Shown here: positions 33,725 through 40,713 of the stretch, in pieces | Numbering within the stretch: position 1 is the stretch's first letter | How the letters are laid out: every line of letters starts with the position of its first letter | IMG/VR virus record: IMGVR_UViG_3300009100_000003 | Coordinates: 1-56,750 of that record | From: a virus | Length of the DNA: 56,750 nucleotides | Direction: 5' to 3' (one strand) | Made by a program: the position numbers and the translations under genes | Notes under the pieces: generated by a model | What the model was told of the DNA's origin: nothing | The model's input: the letters and a program-made list of their open reading frames with translations, nothing else | Database searches by the model: none

Positions 33725-34339
33725 CTACCGAGGGCAGACGAGGATCGAGGGAACGTGCTTGTGCGGCGTGTGATCGGCCGTCCGATGGTGGCACTTGTAG
33801 CAGACGTCCGGATCCCGGCGGCTCGCGTGAAACCAGGTGGCCGGCGGATGCTCGATGAGCTTGAGCCGGGCCTTGAGCCGGCCGATGTTGCCGCCGAGGT
33901 TCGAGAGTTCGTAGCCCGCGTGCGGGACCGCGATCGACCTCGCGTACGGGGTCAGTGCCGCGAGCTCGGCGCGGTGGGCCTTGCGGTAGGCGGCGTTCGC
34001 AGCTGCCATCGCGGCCCGCTTCGCCTCGAGCTCGGCGATCCGCTCCCGGAGCCGCTCGGCGGCGTCGGGATCGTCGGAGTAGATCGCCCGATCTGCGGCC
34101 GCTTCGATGCTCGCGGCTCGAGCCGCCATCGCGTCGGCCTTGTCCAGGCTGCGGAATGCCCGATCCTCGCGGGCGATCAGGCGGGCCCGCTCCGGGATAT
34201 GCCCGGGCTGCGTGTTGAACGCGTGGTCGTCGTGGTAGGGAGCGCCGAGCGCGAGGTCCGCATTCGCGCGGGCCACTCGCCGGCCGGCCCAGTCCCGGAG
34301 CCGTTCGGCTCGGGCAAGGCGCCGTTCGCGGTAGGTCAT
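33725..34339 (-). CDS. DUF3560-like protein (204 aa)
   Basis: The true start is MTYRERRLARAERLRDWAGRRVA... at 34339. Helical repeats are followed by a Cys/His C-terminus (CYKCHHRTADH). This N-terminal signature is typical of DUF3560 proteins of plasmids and actinophages. Confidence 0.65.
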   Translation of the reverse strand: MTYRERRLARAERLRDWAGRRVARANADLALGAPYHDDHAFNTQPGHIPERARLIAREDRAFRSLDKADAMAARAASIEAAADRAIYSDDPDAAERLRERIAELEAKRAAMAAANAAYRKAHRAELAALTPYARSIAVPHAGYELSNLGGNIGRLKARLKLIEHPPATWFHASRRDPDVCYKCHHRTADHTPHKHVPSILVCPR

Positions 34340-34728
34340 GCCGTGCCTCCTGTACCTGCGGTGAGCAGAGCGGGGACCGCGCTGCCGGGGCCGAGAGCGG
34401 CGGGTCGGACGTAGAACGTGACGCCCACGTCCACGCCGCAGAAGTAGGAATGGACGGCGAGGATCGTCCCCGCCGGGACGTCGACCGGGTCGGCCGCGCC
34501 GCGCGCCCAGGGGGACGGCACGACGAGCTTGCCGATGCGGCCGTTCGCGACGTCGACGAGGACGACATCGTCCTTCGTCCCGCCCGACCACGAGAGGTCG
34601 AGATGGAGAGGACGATCGCCCCACGCGACCGCGGAGAGCTTGCGCCCTCGGTAGTCCGGGAAGGTCGCGGCGAGGAGCCGCTTCACTCCGGGGTCCGAGC
34701 GGCGGAGCGGGCGAGAGAGAGGGGACAT
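34336..34728 (-). CDS. Hypothetical protein (130 aa)
   Basis: ATG 34728 lies 4 nt after the leader motif. ATGA overlap with the DUF3560-like gene. Confidence 0.6.
   Translation of the reverse strand: MSPLSRPLRRSDPGVKRLLAATFPDYRGRKLSAVAWGDRPLHLDLSWSGGTKDDVVLVDVANGRIGKLVVPSPWARGAADPVDVPAGTILAVHSYFCGVDVGVTFYVRPAALGPGSAVPALLTAGTGGTA
34346..34361 (-). promoter_or_regulatory. Leader motif CCGCAGGTACAGGAGG (minus strand), inside the upstream gene's 3' end
   Basis: 6 nt upstream of the start at 34339. Confidence 0.55.
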
Positions 34729-34732
34729 GGCG

Positions 34733-34748
34733 CCTCCGTTACCTGCGG
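34733..34748 (-). promoter_or_regulatory. Leader motif CCGCAGGTAACGGAGG (minus strand)
   Basis: 4 nt upstream of the start at 34728. Confidence 0.6.
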
Positions 34749-34770
34749 AGCCCGTGTCGGGCAACTAGAG

Positions 34771-34798
34771 TGTATAGCAGCTTAGCGGCCGACGTCAA
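34771..34798 (-). promoter_or_regulatory. Leftward promoter TTGACG-N16-TATACA with an extended -10
   Basis: The minus strand reads TTGACGTCGGCCGCTAAGCTGCTATACA. The transcript then forms the hairpin GCCCGacaCGGGC before the leader motif. Confidence 0.7.
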
Positions 34799-35266
34799 GC
34801 ACGAAGATCGCGCGACCAGCGGATCCGAGGCTCGTCGGGGAGGGCGCGATCGCCCCACAGGTTCGCGTCGTACCGAGGTCGGCCGGCGCTCGCCCACGAC
34901 GCGCGCGCCTGGAGGCGCTCCTCGAGGACGAACCCGGCGGCGCGGAGCGAGGCGCCTGACTCCGAGGCGAGGGTGTACGTGATCGCTCTCCGGTAGCCGA
35001 GCGCGGCGGCTGCCCGACAGATCGCCCCGTACAGGCGCGAGCTCGCGTTGCGCTGCTCGAGCGTGCAGACGCGGGTGATCTCGATCGTCGAGCGATCCGC
35101 AGCGAGGACGCGCGAGCCTGGTCGGCCGGCGACCGCGAACACCGACGAGCTCGCCGTCGAGTTCGAGCCCGACGCCGAATCGCCAGCCGCGTGGCGGGAG
35201 GTTGTGGCGATGGTGGGCCGCGACGAAAGCGCGGGCCTCGGCGAGGTCGATCGCGCGGAGGTTCAT
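34795..35266 (-). CDS. GNAT-like (XF1762-type) protein, split between two frames at about 35140-35146. The length of 472 nt is not a multiple of 3.
   Basis: Frame A gives MNLRAIDLAEARAFVAAHHRHNLPPRGWRFGVGLELDGELVG. Frame B gives VFAVAGRPGSRVLAADRSTIEITRVCTLEQRNASSRLYGAICRAAAALGYRRAITYTLASESGASLRAAGF... Joined, they read as one domain. Confidence 0.6.
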
Positions 35267-36589
35267 TCGTCCTCGACCGTCTCGAGGAGATCCAGCGCCC
35301 GGAGCCCGACGACGTAGGCAACCTTCGGCACGACCGCGTTGCCCAACTGCTGCAGGCGATGTTTCCGTCGGGTGACGCCCTTCGCGAGCCGGGGCACGCG
35401 AGGCGACGGATCGGGCGGCCACGGCTCGCCCTCGAGCCACTCCGGCGCGGCGACCTCGAGATCAGTCCAGCCGATCGGGAAGCCCATAAGCCACTCCACC
35501 CAATCGGGGCTCAGCGGGCCGGTCGCGTGCTCCGCCTCCTGAACGGTCGCGTCGAGGTAATGCTTGTCCACCCGGTACTCGTGGGACTTCGATCCGAGCG
35601 GGCCTGTCCCCTTCCACTCGGACGCTCGAGGGGTCGGCCAGATCGACGGCGGCGTCGCCAGCGCGGGCTGCGAGACCGCCTCCTCCGGGAACCGCTGCTC
35701 GACGACTGTCCGGAGGTTCTTGCCGTGCCGGACACGCGCGAGCTCGGGCCCCGCATCGCCGTCCCCGGCGCGAGGGGTCGGGTACGTCTGCGCCGCCCGG
35801 CCGAGCGGGCTCGAGTGACCGTCCGGTCCGGTGCCGTGCGGTGTCGGCCAGTTGCCGTACCGCGACTCGTTCACCTTCGCCTGCAGCCCGTCGGGCCGAC
35901 CGTGCGACGAGCGCGCCCCGCCATCGCCATCCGTGACGAGCGGTGTCGGCCACGTCCCCTTGCGGGCCATCGTCTCGAGGCTCGGCCGCTTCCGGCTCCG
36001 CGTGTTCGACCCGGTGCCGTTGCCCGACGAGCCGTAGGCAGCTGCGCTCGGCGTCGGGAAGGGCGCCCGATGGATCGGGTCAGGATCCTCCGGCTCGACG
36101 TCGCCGAACCCCGAGGACGAAGATCCGGTTGCGTAGGTGCGGAGCACCGACGTCGAGCGCGGCGAGTCGATCCCGTTCCGCGTCGTACCCGAGGGCGACC
36201 AGGTCCCCGAGAACGTCTCCGAGCCCGTATCGAAGAAGCCCCGGGACATTTTCCACGAGCACGAGTCGGGGTCGTAATGCAGCGATGACGTCTGCGAACG
36301 CCGGCCAGAGCCACCGCGGGTCCGCCTGGGCAAGTTGGCGTCCGGCGACGCTGACGGGCTGGCAGGGGAACCCGCCGGCAATGAGGTCGACCCGTTCGAG
36401 CTCGGCGAGGGGGAGGGTCCGGACGTCGCCGTAGCGGGTGACGTCGGGCCATCGATGCTCGAGGACCCGGACCGCTTCGGGGTCGTACTCGACCTGCCAG
36501 CGAGGCTGCCAGCCGGCGCGTTCGAGTCCGAGATCGATGCCGCCGATCCCGGCGAATAGCGAACCGTACGTCGGTGCGTCATCGCGCAT
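35263..36589 (-). CDS. dcm: C5-cytosine DNA methyltransferase, split between two frames at a C4/G4 run (36109-36112). The length of 1327 nt is not a multiple of 3.
   Basis: The N-terminal frame has motif I LFAGIGG, motif IV GGFPCQPVS, and also VLVENV and HLRNRIFVLG. The C-terminal frame has a repeated WPTP target-recognition region and motif X QLGNAVVP. ATGA overlap with the GNAT-like gene. Confidence 0.8.
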
Positions 36590-36812
36590 GGCCGGAGCCG
36601 AGCGCGCGCGGCGTGACGTCCTTCGCGTTCGGCGGTGCCACGAGGTAGTCCTCGAGGGCGCCGCCCGCACCGAGGTAGCCCGGCCATCGCGGGTCGCTCG
36701 GGTCCGGGATGGGCAGTTCGCACTTGCAGTCGGGGTCGCCACAGAAGCCCGTCCAGGGCCCGTCGCCTGTCTGATGGCCGTCGACCGGATGTCCGCACGT
36801 GCAACGGTTCAT
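36579..36812 (-). CDS. Cys-rich small protein (77 aa)
   Basis: ATG 36812 follows GAGAGGAGCGAGCTC. The sequence begins MNRCTCGHPVDGH...FCGDPDCKC. Confidence 0.55.
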   Translation of the reverse strand: MNRCTCGHPVDGHQTGDGPWTGFCGDPDCKCELPIPDPSDPRWPGYLGAGGALEDYLVAPPNAKDVTPRALGSGHAR

Positions 36813-36922
36813 GAGCTCGCTCCTCTCAGTAGCCGACGAATGTACGCGTCGGCGATCGCGCGGCAGAGCCGACAGCGGGTGACGGCGCCGCCCCCGTGGG
36901 CGGGGAGATCATGACGAGTCAT
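36809..36922 (-). CDS. Very small ORF (37 aa) linked by ATGA overlaps at both ends
   Basis: The product is MTRHDLPAHGGGAVTRCRLCRAIADAYIRRLLRGASS*. Only the coupling geometry supports it. Confidence 0.3.
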   Translation of the reverse strand: MTRHDLPAHGGGAVTRCRLCRAIADAYIRRLLRGASS

Positions 36923-37134
36923 GCCGCCACCGACCATCCGGCCGGAGCGGGCCCGTCCGGATCCGTCCGGCGAAGTTTCGCGAGAGCGGCGGGATCAGTG
37001 ATCGGCCGCAGGTCCCGAGGCCGGGACTTCCGGCCAGCGAGCGCCCGGTCGATCGCGTTGAGGTCAGAGCGCCGCAGCGGCGGCCGCGCGGGGCCGAGCT
37101 TGAGCGCGTGAGTCCGGATGATGATCAGGCCCAT
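36919..37134 (-). CDS. Hypothetical basic protein (71 aa)
   Basis: ATG 37134 lies 5 nt after GGAGG. G+C at third codon positions is high. Confidence 0.45.
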   Translation of the reverse strand: MGLIIIRTHALKLGPARPPLRRSDLNAIDRALAGRKSRPRDLRPITDPAALAKLRRTDPDGPAPAGWSVAA

Positions 37135-37370
37135 GTCAGCCTCCGTGGTGAGTGGTAGATCGCGAGCGCGGCGCTCGCGGCGGCGTCGGTCGAGTACCGG
37201 CCGACGAGGATGAAGTCGTCGCAGTCCGGAGCGCGGGCGACCGCGACGTAGTCCGCGCCATCGATGACGGTCATGCTGACCGCCGCTCGATCACCGGCGA
37301 GGAACCCGCGAACGCGGTCCGCGAGATCCGCCGGGAGGGGCGGAAGATCGGGAGCCGGGAGAGGGGCCAT
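37125..37370 (-). CDS. Hypothetical protein (81 aa)
   Basis: ATG 37370 lies 4 nt after GGAGGCGCT. Coding-looking sequence starts at MAPLPAPDLPP... Confidence 0.5.
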   Translation of the reverse strand: MAPLPAPDLPPLPADLADRVRGFLAGDRAAVSMTVIDGADYVAVARAPDCDDFILVGRYSTDAAASAALAIYHSPRRLTWA

Positions 37371-37381
37371 AGCGCCTCCGT

Positions 37382-37621
37382 TCAGTGATCGTGGCCGGGC
37401 AGCGCGCACCGCGGGCCCGGAACGAAGTCAGGGATGCCGGCGAGGACCGGCGAGTGGCGACCGCCACCGAGCCAACCGTCGGCGTGGTAGAGCCACCCGT
37501 GATCGTGAGTCGCAGCGCCGCCGTGGGGCGGCCAGCCGGTCCGCACGACGGGCACGCCGCACGCGTCACACGGCCCGAGGACCGGAACGCCTCGAGCGGC
37601 GAGTCGGTCGAGAAGCGTCAT
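37382..37621 (-). CDS. Cys/His-rich small protein (79 aa), first gene of the leftward block
   Basis: ATG 37621 lies 5 nt after the leader motif. The sequence contains CDACG...H.H...H...C..PGHDH. Confidence 0.6.
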   Translation of the reverse strand: MTLLDRLAARGVPVLGPCDACGVPVVRTGWPPHGGAATHDHGWLYHADGWLGGGRHSPVLAGIPDFVPGPRCALPGHDH

Positions 37622-37626
37622 TGGGA

Positions 37627-37642
37627 CCTCCGTTACCTGCGG
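37627..37642 (-). promoter_or_regulatory. Leader motif CCGCAGGTAACGGAGG (minus strand)
   Basis: 5 nt upstream of the start at 37621. Confidence 0.6.
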
Positions 37643-37682
37643 AAGGGGCGGAGCCGAGGAGCGGGACCGCCTCCGTGGTAAG

Positions 37683-37710
37683 TGTATAGCACCTTAGCGC
37701 CGAGTGTCAA
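37683..37710 (-). promoter_or_regulatory. Leftward promoter TTGACA-N16-TATACA with an extended -10
   Basis: The minus strand reads TTGACACTCGGCGCTAAGGTGCTATACA. This is the best consensus match of the family. Confidence 0.7.
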
Positions 37711-37777
37711 GGTGCTCTGCAGCGATTCGAGGTAGTACCATCGCCGACGCCAGCGTGACGTTCGAGGAGTCGCCGAG

Positions 37778-39298
37778 ATGACGGTCGCGGTACAGGAGCC
37801 CGAGGCGGGCCTCGTCCGGCGGATCTTCCGCCAGGTCGTCCGCTCTCTCGTCGCGAAGCAGCGCAATGACACCGGCGTCATGGTCGCCCTGTTCCTGCCG
37901 CCCGACGTCGCGGCCGAGCTCGCGGTCCCCGGCGGCGAGCCGGCGAACGTCTTGCACTTGACGCTCCGCATCTTCGCCGACGATGCCGCGCAGGTCCCGA
38001 TCGAGAAGCTCGACAAGTGGGCCGCAGAGATCGAGCAGGTCGCGAAGCGGACGCCGGTCCTGTCGGGTCGGATCTCCGGAGTCGGGCGGTTCAACGGCGA
38101 CCAGGCTGGCGGCGAGGACGTCGTGTACGCGACGATCGACCTGCCCGGACTCGAGCAGCTGCGCGATCAGGTGCGATGGTGCGGCGACTACCGCGAGCTC
38201 GGGGAGTCCGACGAGCCGGAGCACGGGTTCAGCCCGCACGTCACGCTCGCGTACGGCAACGATGTCGAGCTCCCCGAAGTCCCGACCGTCCCGGTTCGGA
38301 TCGATCGCCTGAGCCTCGCGATCGGGAACGAGCGACGCGACTACATGTTCGCCGGCGCCGCGACTGCGCCGGTCGCGGTCACGCAGCACAAGGCCCAGTG
38401 GTCCGCGGCGTTCATCAACGATCTCCCCGACTCCTCGTTCCTCTACATCGAAGCCGGCGGCGAGAAGGACGGCGACGGGCGGACGACGCCGCGATCGCTG
38501 CGCCACTTCCCGGTCAAGGGCCCCGATGGCGCGGTCGACCTGCCGCACGTCCGGAACGCCCTCGCGCGGATCCCGCAGTCGAAACTGCCGGCCGACGTCC
38601 AGGCAGCTGCCGAGCGCAAGGCCCGCGCGATGCTCGAGGCCGCGACCGAGAAGGCATCGGTCGAGCGGTCCGAGGCGGTCGTCGCCACGCTCGGCGAGCT
38701 CGGGTGGGAGGGCAAGGTCGAGGTCGAGCCGGTCGGCGTGTCGGAGGACGGCTCCGCGTTGATCTGGAAGGCCGACCGCGAGGAGGGTCCGGGGCTCATC
38801 CTCGTCGATGACGGGGCCTCGATCCTCGAGCTCTCCGCGTGGGTCGAGCGCGCCTCGGTCCCTGCCCTCGAGCCGGTCGAGCAGTTCGCGGTGATCAAGT
38901 CCGAGGGTGACCTCCGCTACACCCTCGGCGTCGCGTATCCGGCCCGGCGGACGACGAAGGCGACCGACTCGAAGGACGTCGACGCGCACAAGGACTACAT
39001 GACGCCCGAGGAGCTCGAGAAGGCAGCGTGGGCGTACCTCCGCGACCGGACGACCGTCCGCGCCTCCGGAGGCTCGACCGGTGTCGGGACGATGCACGAG
39101 GACGGGACCGACGGCGCCGGCGACGTCGTCGAGTCGTATATCTACCGCGGCCCGACGTGGAAGGTCGCCGACCAGGTCGTCGAGGCCGGCGATTGGCTCC
39201 TCGGCGTCGTGTGGGACGAGCCGACGTGGGCGCGCATCCAGTCAGGCGACCTGACCGGATATTCGATGCAGGGCTACGCGGCACGCGAGCCCGGGTAA
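37778..39298 (+). CDS. Fusion protein with an N-terminal 2H phosphoesterase (LigT-like), a middle conserved phage domain and a C-terminal XkdF-like putative prohead protease domain
   Basis: Two HxTx motifs: HLTL (37955-37966) and HVTL (38237-38248), 94 residues apart and preceded by VMVALFLPP. The middle part is WSAAFINDLPDSSFLYIE...RHFPV...LPHVRNALARI. The C-terminus, YTLGVAYPA...EELEKAAWAYL...MHEDG...VVESYIY...W..GVVWDE..W..I..G.LTGYSMQG, is XkdF/S78_2-like. Confidence 0.8.
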   Translation: MTVAVQEPEAGLVRRIFRQVVRSLVAKQRNDTGVMVALFLPPDVAAELAVPGGEPANVLHLTLRIFADDAAQVPIEKLDKWAAEIEQVAKRTPVLSGRISGVGRFNGDQAGGEDVVYATIDLPGLEQLRDQVRWCGDYRELGESDEPEHGFSPHVTLAYGNDVELPEVPTVPVRIDRLSLAIGNERRDYMFAGAATAPVAVTQHKAQWSAAFINDLPDSSFLYIEAGGEKDGDGRTTPRSLRHFPVKGPDGAVDLPHVRNALARIPQSKLPADVQAAAERKARAMLEAATEKASVERSEAVVATLGELGWEGKVEVEPVGVSEDGSALIWKADREEGPGLILVDDGASILELSAWVERASVPALEPVEQFAVIKSEGDLRYTLGVAYPARRTTKATDSKDVDAHKDYMTPEELEKAAWAYLRDRTTVRASGGSTGVGTMHEDGTDGAGDVVESYIYRGPTWKVADQVVEAGDWLLGVVWDEPTWARIQSGDLTGYSMQGYAAREPG

Positions 39299-39313
39299 GT
39301 TAGGAGGATCGCA

Positions 39314-39571
39314 ATGGCACCGGAGATGGCACCGGAGACGGATCCGCAGCCCGAGAGCGCCCCGGAGACCGTCGAGCGAACGGACACCCCGAGTCGGGGC
39401 GCGCTGATCGCGGCATTCGGCGGATCGATCACGATCCGACAGCGCGCCGATGGGCTGCCCCACGAGGGCCACGACCCGAGCCTCACCGAGCTCAGCGAGC
39501 TCCTCGAGGCCGCGATCAACGGCGCGTGGGACGTCGTCGCGAACGTCACGCTCAGCCGGACCGACCGCTAG
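39314..39571 (+). CDS. Hypothetical head-module protein (85 aa)
   Basis: ATG 39314 lies 5 nt after TAGGAGGATCG. The N-terminus is acidic and Pro-rich. Confidence 0.6.
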   Translation: MAPEMAPETDPQPESAPETVERTDTPSRGALIAAFGGSITIRQRADGLPHEGHDPSLTELSELLEAAINGAWDVVANVTLSRTDR

Positions 39572-39814
39572 ATGGCCGGGAACGGGCGGGCTGCAGGGCC
39601 CGCCCTGATCCCGACGGGGCGGAAGGCGCTCCGGATCGGGATCAGTGATGACGGGCGGTTCGCCGACGTAACGGTCCCGGGCGACATCACCGAGGAGGAG
39701 ATCCTCTCGTTGATCGCGTCGCTCGCGGCGTCGGTCATGCCGGCGATCCGCGCCCCGTCGTCGGGCATCCTCGTCCCGGTCACGGGGCGCGAGGAGGGGA
39801 TCCGGATCGAGTGA
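39572..39814 (+). CDS. Hypothetical head-module protein (80 aa)
   Basis: The ATG abuts the upstream TAG. GTGA overlap downstream. Confidence 0.55.
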   Translation: MAGNGRAAGPALIPTGRKALRIGISDDGRFADVTVPGDITEEEILSLIASLAASVMPAIRAPSSGILVPVTGREEGIRIE

Positions 39815-40029
39815 CGGTGCAGGTCGCGCCGAAGCCGCACGCCCTCGAGCCGGCGCTCGAGGTCCGGTGTCCCCGCTGCGGCGGGAAGCTCCTCGTCTAC
39901 GTCCCGCCGGTGACCTCGGTGTCGATCCTGATCCAGACAGTCTGCCGTCGCTGCCGAGCGATCTACGTCGCAGACTTGCGCGCAGAGGGTCCGATCGTTA
40001 GTCTGACGCCCGACAGGCCGAGCGCCTGA
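39811..40029 (+). CDS. Zinc-ribbon small protein (72 aa)
   Basis: It contains CPRCGG...CRRC. It is followed by the hairpin gcggac-agcc-gtccgc (40053-40068). Confidence 0.5.
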   Translation: MTVQVAPKPHALEPALEVRCPRCGGKLLVYVPPVTSVSILIQTVCRRCRAIYVADLRAEGPIVSLTPDRPSA

Positions 40030-40093
40030 GCGCCTCGAGCGCCTGAGCACCCGCGGACAGCCGTCCGCGCCGTAGATGCTCAGGAGGCGCGAG

Positions 40094-40657
40094 ATGCCGG
40101 CGAAGCTCACCGACCTCGACGTGGACCGGGTCGACGCGGTCGACCGTCCGGCCACCCGTCGGAAGTTCCTCATCCTCAAGGACGAGACCGGCGGCACGCC
40201 GGCATCCGAGGACCCCATCGCCCAGGCGAAGCGGCTCCTCGCCGCGGCCGCGAAGGCGGTTGGCATGATCCACGCCTCGAAGGCCGAGCACCCCGCCGAG
40301 ATGGCGGACGCGCTCAACGAGCTCGCCGAGGCGTCGGGCGCCGAGCAGCGGTTCACGAAGGCCGTCGAGAAGCCGGCCGACGAGCCAGCCAAGACGCCCG
40401 AGACGAAGGCCGAGACGCCCGCGCCGTTCGATGCTGCGGCGTTCGCAGCGGCGATCGGGCCGGCGATCGGCGATGCCGTCGTCAAGGCCCTCAAGGCGGA
40501 CCTCGAGAAGGACGAGTCGGGTGCGGTCACGCGTGGCACGCCCGAGACCGTCGTCCCTGCCTCGAAGCAGGACACCGAGCCGGTCACGAAGCGGGCCCCC
40601 CGCGGCGTCGACTTCTCGAACATCGTCTTTGGCCGGGCGTCCGGCCTGAACGGCTAG
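40094..40657 (+). CDS. Scaffolding protein
   Basis: ATG 40094 lies 7 nt after CAGGAGG. The protein is Ala/Glu/Lys-rich and helical, with a Pro/Thr/Glu/Lys linker. It sits directly upstream of the major capsid gene. Confidence 0.7.
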   Translation: MPAKLTDLDVDRVDAVDRPATRRKFLILKDETGGTPASEDPIAQAKRLLAAAAKAVGMIHASKAEHPAEMADALNELAEASGAEQRFTKAVEKPADEPAKTPETKAETPAPFDAAAFAAAIGPAIGDAVVKALKADLEKDESGAVTRGTPETVVPASKQDTEPVTKRAPRGVDFSNIVFGRASGLNG

Positions 40658-40713
40658 CGCCTCGAGCGCACTGAGTCCGCCCCGAAAAGGGCGCGACAGG
40701 AGGTACAGAACGA

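Noticed and set aside
34739-36804. 5' extensions of track ORFs 34739-35440, 36080-36742 and 35263-36804
   Set aside because: The extensions upstream of the starts I chose (35266 and 36589) are Arg/Pro/Ala-rich. They overlap neighbouring genes extensively and lack RBS. The methyltransferase and GNAT motifs begin right after the chosen ATGs.
40018-40050. Short tandem GAGCGCCT(C) x3 after the zinc-ribbon gene, with a similar GCGCCTCGAGCGC at about 40658-40672
   Set aside because: It is too short and G+C-biased to distinguish from chance. It partly overlaps the stop-codon region, and no partner protein or symmetry is evident. I note it only as a possible weak terminator context.
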